Positions 50,401 through 64,000 of a DNA stretch of 64,000 bases are shown in pieces. The DNA comes from Eukaryota sp. GEM-RC1 (taxonomy: Eukaryota): positions 1,054,001-1,118,000 of the forward strand of contig JAUFOQ010000003.1 of the NCBI GenBank assembly GCA_040285855.1, written 5' to 3'. Position 1 is the first letter of the stretch. Each line of letters starts with the position of its first letter. A model generated the notes under the pieces. The model ran no database searches. It was given only the letters and a program-made list of their open reading frames with translations, and was not told where the DNA came from. The position numbers and the translations under genes were made by a program.

Positions 50401-53400
50401 TAACCAAGTACTTCAGAGTACTGATCAACTTCAAATATATCTGAAACAACAAGAGTTCCACCCACAACACGAGCCTCAGCTCCAATAAGTTTGGTGATTT
50501 TCTCTGTTACAAAGAAGCCATTGTTCACAGTGACTAGATTGAAGACTGTTGTTGGACATTGATCTAAGAACCTGGAATCAGTTTCTTTAATCAAATGACC
50601 ATGTACGTATAAGTGGGAATCATCATCACCGATAAGTTGTACTTCAGCAGGATTATTAATCAAGAAGGTAGAGTGATCAGTTACATTAATAACACCATTA
50701 ACAAGAGTAGTGTCACTAGCAGACCACGTGGCATCTCCAAACAAGAGTACAAGATGATCATCAATAATTCTTGGATTCATTGATCCAGTTGCATCTAACA
50801 AAGAAGTAGCAGATGAAGTAACAATGGTAGTTGAAGTTGATAAATGAGAAGACAATTTACCTCCCGACCAACGGTACAAAGAATTGACATAGACATCTGA
50901 GTCACCAGATCGATGACCTCCAAAGTGATAAAAGTTTCTGACTTGAATGGGAATGGTACAAGAAACATTGAATAATGAGTTTTGTCTAAGATAAAGATCA
51001 ATCAGATCAACATTGGCATCGACAGATTTAACTATTTCAAATACTGATGTAGATGTTAAATCAGCGGAACCATTTACCACAGTAAAAACGACATTATCAT
51101 CAACAAGGAAGTTTGAACTGCCAGTCATAGTCAAGTCCAATAGTGTTGAATCAACAATTGAATCATCCTTAATATGAATGGAAGAAGAACCACTCATGGA
51201 AACGTCAGCAACTTGATTGACAACGACATGATCATTGACATTAACTTGGCCATTCAAGGTAGTTGTAAGAGATGAAATCAAATGGATTGTAGCATGAGAG
51301 TCAGCAATCAAATGACCAGAGACCTTTGCAGTTAATTCATCTACAACACAATTGGATGAAACGTGAAGAGTTCCTGTGATCACGTTGGCGTTGATGTATG
51401 CGACTCTACAATCAGAATTGAAATAGGCAAGGGCGTCGTCATGATTGATAGTTATTTCTCCGTATACTTCATAGAATCCAGTGACATTTAGAAGAGATGA
51501 GGATTCTTTCAAGGTGATAAGTGCATCACTAGTTCCATTTAGAATACTAGTATCATCGATAAAGACAAAATCTTCAATGTACAAATGACCATCATAAACT
51601 GAAGCAAGACCATCTGAAACAATTACAGGCTTCTGAGTATAAACATTTCCTTGTTTGATAAGATAAGCACCATCTACAAAAGTGGGACAATTATGGATGA
51701 AATCACCAGAATTATCTTTAATCAAGTGACCATGTACGTATAAGTGGGAATTATCATCACCAATAAGTCGTACTTGAGAAGGATTATCAATCAAGAAGGT
51801 AGAGTGATCAGTTACATTAATAACACCATTAACAAGAGTAGTGTCACTAGCAGACCACGTGGCATCTCCAAACAAGAGTACAAGATGATCATCAATAATT
51901 CTTGGATTCATTGATCCAGTTGCATCTAACAAAGAAGTAGCAAATGAAGTAACAATGGTAGTTGAAGTTGATAAATGAGAAGACAATTTACCTCCCGACC
52001 AACGGTACAAAGAATTGACATAGACATCTGAGTCACCAGATCGATGACCTCCAAAGTGATAAAAGTTTCTGACTTGAATGGGAATGGTACAAGAAACATT
52101 GAACAATGAGTTTTGTCTAAGATAAAGATCAATCAGATCAACATTGGCATCGACAGATTTAACTATTTCAAATACTGATGTAGATGTTAAATCAGCGGAA
52201 CCATTTACCACAGTAAAAACAACATTATCATCAACAAGGAAGTTTGAACTGCCAGTCATAGTCAAGTCCAATAGTGTTGAATCAACAATTGAATCATCCT
52301 TAATATGAATGGAAGAAGAACCACTCATGGAAACGTCAGCAACTTGATTGACAACGACATGATCATTGACATTAACTTGGCCATTCAAGGTAGTTGTGAG
52401 AGATGAAATCAAATGGATTGTAGCATGAGAGTCAGCAATCAAATGACCAGAGACCTTTGCAGTAATTTCATCTACAACACAATTGGATGAAATGTGAAGA
52501 GTTCCTTTGATCACGTTGGCATTAATGTATGCGATTTTACAATCTGAATTGAAATAGGCAAGGGCATCGTCATGATTGACAGTGATTTCTCCGTATACTT
52601 CGTAGAATCCAGTGACATTTAGAAGAGATGAGGATTCTTTCAAGGTGATAAGTGCATCACTAGTTCCATTTAGAATACTGGTATCATCAATAAAGACAAA
52701 ATCTTCAATGAACAAATGACCATCATAAACTGAAGCAAGACCATCTGGAAACAATTACAGGCTTCTGAGTATAAACATTTCCTTTTTGATAAGATAAGCA
52801 CCATCTACAAAAGTGGGACAATTATGGACGAAATTGCCAGAATTATCTTTAATCAAGTGACCATGTACGTATAAGTTGGAATCATCATCACCAATAAGCC
52901 GTACTTGAGAAGGATTATCAATCAAAAAGGTAGAGTGATCAGTTACATTAATGACACCATTAACAAGAGTAGTGTCACTAGCAGACCACGTGGCATCTCC
53001 AAACAAGAGTACAAGATGATCATCAATAATTCTTGGATTCATTGATCCAGTTGCATCTAACAAAGAAGTAGCAGATGAAGTAACAATGGTAGTTGAAGTT
53101 GATGAATGAGAAGACAATTTACCTCCCGACCAACGGTACAAAGAATTGACATAGACATCTGAGTCACCAGATCGATGACCTCCAAAGTGATAAAAGTTTC
53201 TGACTTGAATGGGAATGGTACAAGAAACATTGAATAATGAGTTTTGTCTAAGATAAAGATCAATCAGATCAACATTAGCATCGACAGATTTAACTATTTC
53301 AAATACTGATGTAGATGTTAAATCAGCGGAACCATTTACCACAGTAAAAACAACATTATCATCAACAAGGAAGTTTGAACTGCCAGTCATAGTCAAGTCC

Positions 53401-56400
53401 AATAGTGTTGAATCAACAATTGAATAATCCTTAATATGAATGGAAGAAGAACCACTCATGGAAACGTCAGCAACTTGATTGACAACGACATGATCATTGA
53501 CATTAACTTGTCCATTCAAGGTAGTTGTAAGAGATGAAATCAAATGGATTGTAGCTTGAGAGTCAGCAATCAAATGACCAGAGACCTTTGCAGTAATTTC
53601 ATCTACAACACAATTGGATGAAATGTGAAGAGTTCCTTTGATCACGTTGGCATTAATGTATGCGATTTTACAATCTGAATTGAAATAGGCAAGGGCATCG
53701 TCATGATTGACAGTGATTTCTCCGTATACTTCGTAGAATCCAGTGACATTTAGAAGAGATGAGGATTCTTTCAAGGTGATAAGTGCATCACTAGTTCCAT
53801 TTAGAATACTGGTATCATCAATAAAGACAAAATCTTCAATGAACAAATGACCATCATAAACTGAAGCAAGACCATCTGAAACAATTACAGGCTTCTGAGT
53901 ATAAACATTTCCTTTTTGATAAGATAAGCACCATCTACAAAAGTGGGACAATTATGGACGAAATTGCCAGAATTATCTTTAATCAAGTGACCATGTACGT
54001 ATAAGTTGGAATCATCATCACCAATAAGTCGTACTTGAGAAGGATTATCAATCAAAAAGGTAGAGTGATCAGTTACATTAATGACACCATTAACAAGAGT
54101 AGTGTCACTAGCAGACCACGTGGCATCTCCAAACAAGAGTACAAGATGATCATCAATAATTCTTGGATTCATTGATCCAGTTGCATCTAACAAAGAAGTA
54201 GCAGATGAAGTAACAATGGTAGTTGAAGTTGATAAATGAGAAGACAATTTACCTCCCGACCAACGGTACAAAGAATTGACATAGACATCTGAGTCACCAG
54301 ATCGATGACCTCCAAAGTGATAAAAGTTTCTGACTTGAATGGGAATGGTACAAGAAACATTGAACAATGAGTTTTGTCTAAGATAAAGATCAATCAGATC
54401 AACATTGGCATCGACAGATTTAACTATTTCAAATACTGATGTAGATGTTAAATCAGCGGAACCATTTACCACAGTAAAAACAACATTATCATCAACAAGG
54501 AAGTTTGAACTGCCAGTCATAGTCAAGTCCAATAGTGTTGAATCAACAATTGAATCATCCTTAATATGAATGGAAGAAGAACCACTCATGGAAACGTCAG
54601 CAACTTGATTGACAACGACATGATCATTGACATTAACTTGGCCATTCAAGGTAGTTGTGAGAGATGAAATCAAATGGATTGTAGCATGAGAGTCAGCAAT
54701 CAAATGACCAGAGACCTTTGCAGTAATTTCATCTACAACACAATTGGATGAAATGTGAAGAGTTCCTTTGATCACGTTGGCATTAATGTATGCGATTTTA
54801 CAATCTGAATTGAAATAGGCAAGGGCGTCGTCATGATTGATAGTTATTTCTCCGTATACTTCGTAGAATCCAGTGACATTTAGAAGAGAACTGGGAACAG
54901 TCATCAGAATTTGAGCATCTGCTGAGCCATTGATCCTTGAATCATCCGTGGAACTCAACATTGATTGTAAATCTAAAACTCCAAGAACAGTAAGCAAATC
55001 ATTATTGACTCCAGTTCCAGTAAACAAAAGTCGTCCAGTTTCAACAATTAAAGTCTTGTTGTTGATTAGATCCCAGTCGAAATGAACATCATCATGATTT
55101 GTGGTGATTAATCCTTCGTTGAATAACAAAGAGTCTTGATTAGATTCACCCGAGTTCATAACACTACACTTACCAGAAATGTCGAGATGTGATTGGGGAA
55201 GTACTGTGATAAGACCTCCGTTTGAACCAATAATTTGACAGTTAGTAAATTCTGCCTTGTGATTGATAAGCAAAGTATGGTCATCTGAAATAGTTTGTGT
55301 GACAGAATCCTCGTTGACTAGAAGATAATTATGGGAGTAAGTAGTTCCATTTCCAATGAGAGATCCTTCAGTAAAGACAAATTCATTGGTAACGTTAATG
55401 AAAGAGGATCCACTACGGACCGCGGTAAAGTCCTTCAAAAGTAAATTATCAATGTAAGCATTAGTTAAAATATCAATAGAAATTTCACCTTCATTAACCT
55501 TTACGTCAGAGAAATGAGGATCTGTGGAGGTTGAACCTTTCTGTAAAAAAACCTTACCCTTATTAATCGTGAAATAAGCATCAACAAAGTCAAGATTTGA
55601 TCCTGTTTGCGATTCAAACAGAGAATCATCATCATAAAGATTAAAGACTGTGCCATGTGAAGTTACAGTAGATCCTGATAACAATTGATGGGTTCCATCA
55701 TAAATATCAATGAGATCAATACGATTGGTGAATGAGCCACCTTGATGTTGTAAAAGAGCATCATTGTCTAACTTACAGTAGTTCAATACATTGACTGTAG
55801 ATCCTGATTCGACATAGAAAGATCCAGCAGACAAATCACAAACCATTTCTTCAATAACACCTTGATGGAAAAGATCACCATCAATAACTTCAAAGTTAAT
55901 GTATTCGGGAGCAGTCATTGAATCAGTAAATGTGGTGTTACCAGAAGTAATAGTGATACAAACGAGATCACGTTCACATAGAATCTCCCCACTAAATGTT
56001 GAATTCTTAGAGTCCAAAATGAGACGTCCTTCTTCAGTTCCAGGTGTAATAGTTAACACATCATTTGGTAATTGATTGATTGAGCCAGTAACAGTAACAA
56101 CTGCTTGGTCTCTAATGAAGGTTGAACCGTCAATCGAAACTCTTCCATTAAGATCAGAAATGGTGTTGTTTTCAAACGCTAGATGTCCTGTAGAAACAAT
56201 GTCAGTATCAAAGACGGATTTGATTGGTGTAGAAATGATAATACTTCCTTCACTGACGAATCCAGTGGGAATCTTGTATGAATCACAATCAGTGGCATAA
56301 TGGAAAGCAGTATCGTTAGAGGAAATCAATAAACTTCCTTCAGGGGCAACATATACGACAGCTCCGTCACCAAAAGTGGTAACTTGATCCTCATAGCCTT

Positions 56401-59400
56401 GTGAAAGTGTAAAATCACCAGTAGAGTTGATAAAGACTACAGATCCAGGTCCAAAGTTCTTTGGTTGATCAGTGGTGGCAGAGAAATTATCAATAACATG
56501 AATAGGAGAACCACCACCTATAGAACCACCAATCAATGAGAAATCATCAATATACAAATCACCAGTCGAAGTCAGTCGAGATTCATCTTGCATTTCAACA
56601 AGATCTGCACTGGAAACACAATGAGGTTCATCAATGAAGACTTGAGCATCATTGGAAAGAGACAATTCTTCCCAGTGAGGGCAACCATCTGTGCCTTGAG
56701 TTGAGATATTGAAGCTACCACTAGTCATTACAGTTTTAACATTTACAAAACTCACTGAAGCATTTTCCTTAAACACAATGGCTCCTCCATTGACAAGTAA
56801 ATCACCTCCGGAAAAGGAAGGAGATGAATCAGGCTCAGCTGTAATCACACCATCATTCACAGTGATTGAAACTAGCTTAACATCGGAATCTGTTCCGAAA
56901 TTCAATTCACCGCCATTCATTTGATCAATTTCTAATTCAGCTACAATTGCGTCATTAAGGAAAGATAACACACAATTCTCAGTCATTTCATCTACAATGA
57001 ATCGTGCTATAGTTGCTTCCTTCACAGTAATTGGAGCATCACAGATGCCAATATGGACAAGTTCTAAATCAGAATCAGAAATGTCAAGGTCTATTCGAAC
57101 TTCTGGAAGACGAATGATTGAACCTCTGATATCTTCTCTAAAGAGAATAATTCCACCAGTATAAACAATTGTAACATCCTCGAGATCAGAGAGTCGTAAA
57201 TCTAACAATCCATCTCGCATATAGAGTACACCAGTGAGATTAACCAAGCCATTAAAAGCCACAAGAGAATCTGGATCATCAATATAAATATCTCCACCTC
57301 CAGCAATTGAATCTGAAACATTAAATTCTCCTTTAAGATAGACAGTAGTATTTGGTGCTAGATAAACATCATCAACAAGAACCAAGTTGTCTTTAAAGAT
57401 GACAGTTCCAGTGAGGACTGAGATGTGAGGTCCATAGATATCCCACTGCATAGTAATAGTTTCAGGAGTGGAGAAGATAACGTGACCTTCAGAATGAATA
57501 GCAGAGTTAATTTCGACTTCTTCAGGAACAAACCAGCCTTCTGTACCGAATAAATTAAGGTTAGTGTCAACGGGAATGGCCAATCTGGAGTAGTTGGTAC
57601 CAACAACGGATCCATCGAACCAAGTTGTGTGAAGTAATGAAGTAACAAGAGCTCCTTCATCAAAGTTCTTTGGTCCATCTTCAAAAAAGTTTAGAGAGTT
57701 TACGATTGAAGTGGATTGCTTGTAGACAATTCCACCAGTAACATCAAGGATATCAATAAACATTGAAACACCGCCGAAATAACCGTCAGTCATGAGCACG
57801 TGAGATGAATTGAACATTTGATCAACAATGGTAATGAAAGAACCACTATTAATAATCAAGCTCTCAATATTCACATGATGAGGATCAAATTGATCAATAA
57901 TCACCTCACCACCATTAAGAACAAACACAGATCGAGATACATTAAATCCATCAAAGGTTTGAAGCACTCCACCAGTAGAAGTGAAATTGCTTCTATTGAA
58001 CAACGTGTTAAGACTGTTGACATTAATTAAACCATTGGATTGCACTATTGAGTTTACGATTACAGAAGAGGTGGGAGCAAAATCAATCAAACCGCCAGAA
58101 ATTGATAGAACATCAAATGAGTCCACAGTAACGGTATTGAAAGTTAGAGTACCACCTTCTTGTTCCTCTAAGACAAATGAAGAAACCAAAGAGTTGTTGT
58201 TGAAACTAATATGTCCATTTAACAACTTCAAAACATTGATGGAATCAACAACAGAGTCGACGAAAGTAACATCACCACGATTGGTGCAGATGTTGATTAA
58301 GTCAATTTGAGCAGAAACAAAGGATAACTCAACTCCAGCAGAAACATGAACACAACCTTCAAAATTGACAGTACCGGAGACAACAGCATCATGATTGATG
58401 GTCAAAGTACCTCCCTGTTCACCAGTAAGCTGAGAGAGTTCGTTGAAAAGACAAATCCATTGACTTCCACTTGAGCGTTGCTCTTAATGTTGATTCTAGA
58501 ACTAACTACTGATTCACAAGATGCGAATACCATCTTCGAAATCACGTCAACTAGCCCATTAACTAAATAACCCATTCTAAAGGAAAGTGTTCCAGTTTCG
58601 ACAGTGAGAACACCTTCAATGATGAAAGTTGAGCTACATCCAGTCAAAGAAACGGTTGCCGGACTAGACTTGGACAGGAAAGTCGTTGTAGTGATAGTAC
58701 AAGCAGCAGTGCCTGAAATGGTTCCTCTGGAGAACAGTGCATCATCAAATACTAAATCAGCATCACACACTTTTACTCCATTGGTTAGAATTTCAATCTC
58801 ATTTGAAGTAAAAGTCTGAGGGCCGGTAAAGGTACCAGCTCTCCATTCAACTTCTTTTGCTGTCCAATCAGAATTGGTAATAACTAGACCATTATGTAGT
58901 TCATAATCATCAAGTAGAGAGATATCTGAGGCTGGATTACTGACAAGAGTTCCTCCAGTTTGGATAAATTTGTCAATGATGAATTCGGTTGAAACATCTA
59001 AGAAGGTGAGTAATCCTGATCTAAAAGTAAACGTGTTGGGAGATCGAGAGATAACAGTGTTACTAGCAAATGTTAAATCACAAGTGTCACAATCAAAAGT
59101 GAAAGGAACATTATTCCAGGAAATGTTGGATGTACTCATAAACACGATAGAAGAATTTTCTAAAGGAGTCAAATGTGACGAGTCAAAGATGGCATCACAA
59201 TCATCAAAAATGAGATCCTTAGTGACCAAAAACTGAGTGTTCTGATGTTGATGGTAGATACCACCACGGAACCAGGCAGTTTCTGTATGTAGGAATTGTT
59301 GGGAATGTAGATTGAAAACACCAGCAAATTGAGTGATGTTCCATTCAAAAGGATGTCTTCCTTTAAAACATTAACTTCACCACTGTTATACAGAACAGCT

Positions 59401-62400
59401 ACAGACTCAGTACTATTAAACTGTTTCACCCAATGTCCTTCAACCATATCTAATTGTCCGAAATTAGTAAAATTAGCACTTTGGAAACCAGTTAGATTTG
59501 TGGTAACTTCGGAATATCCATCATTTAATATGGAAGTAAATTCGTGAACTTCATGGTATGCATCCGAGGTTCTTGCTTCAACAAACATCTTTGCAGGAGT
59601 AGTAATGTGAACAATACTTCCACCACTGAAAGTACCAGAGAGCCAAATAAGTGAGCACGTAATTGTAAGACGAGTTCCAGGTCTACCGAAATAGTCAGTG
59701 TTTAGAGTTAAATCACAAAAGATTGCATCACCTTCAACAATTACAATAGTTCCATCAACATTGAGGGATGAATGTGCACATATAGTAGCATGTTCTGACA
59801 TAATGAGAGTACCAAATGGACCAATTTTTGCTTGATCGAAACAAACATAACCATCATACGAAATTTGAGCTTCTCTATACTTCATTTCCAGAGTGGAGCG
59901 GTTATAGTAAACCCATGTATCTCCATCATAGTGATATGGATAAGGAGCACCTACTTCAAGGTAGGAGTCAGGTTCAAAGAAGACTCTTGAAGAGGCAGAA
60001 TCATATCCACCAGAGAACAATTTCATGACAAAGTATTGGGGGACAGTAATGTTTCCTCTGTTTTGGAGTTCCCAATCAAATTCAAAAGACCAACCAGATG
60101 CATAGAGCTCCATACCGTGATTAACATAGACAACAGGTAAATCATCAGGTGTTTGATGAGCTGAAGACATGAGAAGGATATCGTCATTTCTAAATCTACC
60201 AATGTAGTTTTCAAACTTACCACCATCCTTAACTATTAAAATGTCATTGAATACAAGAGAACTGTTACGTCCACCTCTGATATCACAATGTTGACGCCAA
60301 TCAACAGGACCTTGGAATTCGACAGTAGCAAAATCACGAACTTCTTTTTCGAAGAAATCTTGGATAATACAACCTTTTTCTGCAATGGTTAGACCAGCGT
60401 GCATAAATCCACCTCCAAGACGCCATGTAAATTGTTCTAAAATATTGACTACATCAGTTCCTCCTCTGAATCCACCCATGATTAGAAGAGATTTTAAAAT
60501 AACATTATGACCAGTATAGAATGAAACTATACCATTGGTTTCCAATTCGTAAATGTTCATAAGAAACTTCTGGGTTTTCGAAACCAAGGAAAATGACATG
60601 AGTTCCTCTAACGGTCAAAGTAACTGCTTCAGTAACATAAGCTCCAGATGTGACATAGAATCGACCATGATCTTGAATTCGGACGTGATTTAAGGAGAAT
60701 GATGTTTGAACTTCAATAACACCAGTATCATTTCTGATTCCAAACATAAATCTATTACCTTCAATTCGGGAGTCAGGACCAGATCTAAAGACAAAGAGTT
60801 GGCTGGTTACACCAATTGTGGTTGCAGGATTACATCTCACAACTCCTAAACTGTAACCCCCTCCACCGAGGAAGAACTCACCAGAAATGACATGAGCAAA
60901 GTCATAATTAACAAAGTAAAACTCATTGTACAATTCAATAACAAAAGCAAGCATTGTTCCATTGTTTTGGAAGAAAGAATGGCCAATAGCGGAAGTATCA
61001 TATAAAAAGACAAGATTTGAAAACTCCATATGACTACCAGGATCATTTAGAATGGTTCCCTGATCAGCGTAAACACTGACAGGACCACGGAAGATCACGC
61101 GACCACGATTGACTAATAGAGAACCAGGCATCATGACTCGTTTTGCATCAAAGTCATCTTCAAGTATAGCAAGGTCTAAAACAATGTAATGAGTAGAAAG
61201 ACCGAAACCACCACCATACCAAAACAAATCAATGAGGAGATGAACTTCGTCATGTCCATGAACCATACCGGCTATTAGAGTAAGTTTTGCAAGGTTGACT
61301 GTAAACAAAGTGTTGAGAGTTAAATCTCCATTAATACAGGTAACATCATCCAATTCAAGCATTTTCGACACTGCTTGGAACTCAACATCTCCAGTGTGAA
61401 TCGTAAAGTCTAATAGTCCAGTGAGAACTGTATCATTATCATAAATGAGATGAGAGTTGTGGATAATTCCGTGATAGTAGCCATTGTGAATACCTCCAAT
61501 AATAGTAGTTGAACCTCCATTAACCTGAATTTCACCTTTCGCAGTAAAGTTAGAAGAAGCTTTGAAGGTAACGTCAGTTGAATGTACCTCAAATACAGAA
61601 GTTTCATTAACTACAGCTCCATCTTCAAACACAAGATTTCCTCGTGATCTGATTGTAAAATGATTAGAAGTGAAATAATTTCTGACAGAAATTAAACCAA
61701 GGTCGTCAATGATATTGAAAGTAAAGGATTGACCATTGATAGAGGAAGAAGGATAATGTTCAAAAATAACAGGGTGTTCTTTTACTTCAAGTTTAGTTCC
61801 AGGGGTGAAGAATGTTTGTCCATAAGAAATTGCTCCACCTTCAGCAAAGAACTTTCCAGTATTAAATGATATTGAACCATTGTTCAAAAGCTTAAACCTC
61901 ATTGTGACCAGGTTAATATTGCTTTGGACATCTCCATAATTGATCCAAGTATTGGTAAGATTCACAAAAACAGTGTCCAAGAATGACAAGGTATTTGTGA
62001 GAGTTACAACACCTTGAGGATCGTTAACAAATAGAACTTCAGTTGCAGGCAGAATAAAAGGTTGCCTAAACTCGAACCGGCCTTGATTTATCATTTTTGC
62101 GTCAGGGAAGCATATAACGAGCAAAACTATTTCCAGTGGCTAAAGCAGTAGCAGAGTTACGAACAACATAGTGAGTAGAAAGACCAAAACCTCCACCTTG
62201 CCAATTCAAATGTTCAAGAAGGTGAACTTCATCATATCCGTGCAACATTCCATCAATGATGTTAAGAGTAGAAATGTTAACAACAGTAAGAGTGTTGAAG
62301 GTGACGTCACCATGTTGACACGTAACGACTCCCAGAGGGACCATTTGTTCAACAACTTTAAAGATTGCATCACCAGTTTCAACAGTTAAATCAAACTGTC

Positions 62401-64000
62401 GTTCGAGGAAAGCATCGTCATCAAAGATCAGGGTACCATCTCTAATCGAAACATCAACACTTGAGTAGAAAATACCTTGAACATAGACAAGAGTACCATA
62501 TAATAGAGAGATTTGACCATTAGCGTGGAAGTTAGAATTAGGTCCAATGTAAGAGGTTTGAGAACTAGAAACGAACCATATTCTACCCATATGACCAACA
62601 TTAAATCGACCATTACCAGAAAGATACGAATATGCTTCAACTCTTCCAAAGTTTACATTAAGTTCGCCATTGACAGTGACACCCCAACATGAACTTACTC
62701 TTTGAGTAAAAGATACTACTGTCGCAACTCCATTAATAATAAGTCTAGAGTCACAAACGCATGGATCATCAATGAAAGTGGCAGTGCTAGTTCGACAAGA
62801 GAAAGCACCATTAGAGACGATACGCATATTACCAGTTTCAGATACAATAATTGTACTGTTGTCAAATCCAGTCATGTGACCACTTGACTGCCACTTCATT
62901 TCATCGTGGACTATTACAGTAGCACCACCACGAATTCTCTTATCAGAATTACCAATAATTTCAAATTCGGAAAAATATCAACAATGATATCACCAGCAAA
63001 ACCGCCTCCAGACCATACAAATGTACCTTCTGCATCACCAGTGGAATTGACCAAAACATTATCTCCATAACCAATGATCTCAGCATTTCCAGTTAAAAGA
63101 CCAGCACCGTCAAAAGTAACAAGACCTTGACCAGTCGAAAATTTCATTACAGAATACTGGTCCAATTCAAATCCTCTAACAGAACCTAAATCATTGTCAA
63201 GAGCATCAAAGTGAAGTAAAGCTGTGCCGTCGAGACGAATACGTTCAATGTTGAGATCAATACCTCCAGTGAAGGTCACTGTACCGATAGAATATGACAG
63301 TTCTGATAGTTCAAACTCTCCCCTAATGAAAACATTGACATCTTCGTGTATAGGTTCGAAGTTAGCGACTGTTGGAGTAAAATGACCTGATCTGATAGTT
63401 TCAGATACTTTCGAGGATGCATGGAACTCATACCTAGATGACAATAATGGTTGGTTGAAGAAGATTTCAGAGCTATCTCGGACGTGGAAGTGACCGAATA
63501 CATCAAGTTGATTGCTGAAAGTGATTGACCCTCGCATATGGTTCAAGAGTGAATTTCCATTACAATGAACCCAAACACGGAACACACGATCTGCAGAGCC
63601 ATCAGTTGTTACACTGGAACCAATAAAGTTGAGTCGACGGTCAGTACCCCTAAACATTGATGCTCTCATAGTAGCTGTACCACGGATGTTGATATATGAC
63701 GTGTGAAGTAAAGTAACCCAATTGGACGTGTCAATCATGAGGTGGGATGTACTAAAGAAATTAATGATAGAATCGTGCAATAACTCTTTTGGATGTGGAT
63801 TCGGGTTTGAAGGAAGGTCTGCTCTTGGCCTACAAGTCTCAATGAAACCGTAATCACGCACATGAATTGTTCCACTATGACCATCACTATCACCTTCGAT
63901 TTTACCACAACGCCAAATGAAAGTATCCACAGTTATAGTATCACTTCCAGAAAGAGTTCCTCCATCAACAATGAGACTAAAGAAATGAAGGTTATGTCCA
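41478..64000 (-). CDS. Giant (>7,500 aa, 5'-incomplete) surface protein: long beta-solenoid ectodomain, Pmp-like GGA(I/V)/FxxN repeats, Cys-rich repeats, ~7 C-terminal TM helices
   Basis: Eight abutting or overlapping minus-strand ORFs with the same G/V/S/D/N-rich repeat style (W.GG motifs). Cap motif GYDSHCCGSDIAPCRTL, GGAIH/YGGAIY/AGGAVF, CxxCPxG repeats, GPHCSHC..GYY, then hydrophobic helices. Confidence 0.8.
50590..54885 (-). repeat. Coding tandem repeat, 1131-bp (377-aa) unit, ~3.8 near-identical copies
   Basis: Equivalent shadow ORFs start at 50795, 51926, 53057 and 54187 (spacing 1131, 1131, 1130). Confidence 0.95.

Noticed and set aside
42476..63506. Many short shadow ORFs, including the four 68-aa MIFILDK ORFs
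   Set aside because: Alternative-frame or antisense by-products of the giant CDS and its repeats.
3025..64000. Alternative genetic code or Euplotes-like programmed frameshifting
   Set aside because: Long ORFs end normally at TAA, TAG and TGA. Shift sites lack a consistent slippery-codon-plus-stop motif and coincide with homopolymers.

Overview
This is a compact, AT-rich eukaryotic genome segment, probably from a protist: it has 28-32 nt spliceosomal introns, intergenic gaps of about 50-60 bp and the standard genetic code. A metamonad-like host is only a guess. Many genes are broken by single-base indels in homopolymers, most likely long-read errors. Host genes include a CM1/Cnn_1N coiled-coil protein, an inositol polyphosphate 5-phosphatase with a C2 domain, a PH-Clu-TPR protein, METTL5, two tandem BTB paralogs, an MBL-fold hydrolase, PIG-W/GWT1 and a giant (>7,500 aa, 5' end outside the window) beta-solenoid/Cys-rich/multi-TM surface protein with 1131-bp internal repeats. 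The regions at 12-27 kb and 36.5-41.4 kb hold decayed RLE-type non-LTR fragments and TIR elements, several with 8-bp TSDs. The main observation is a ~3.7-kb insertion at ~19920-23633. It encodes a Fanzor1-type (eukaryotic TnpB-like) RNA-guided RuvC protein fused in frame to an N-terminal family-B-polymerase-type DEDDy 3'-5' exonuclease domain whose catalytic residues all appear intact. The RuvC-III Asp reads as Asn. A GC-rich stem-loop (candidate omegaRNA) follows the stop codon, and the paralogous empty site lies about 8 kb upstream in the same window. All family calls come from motif recognition by eye, not database searches.
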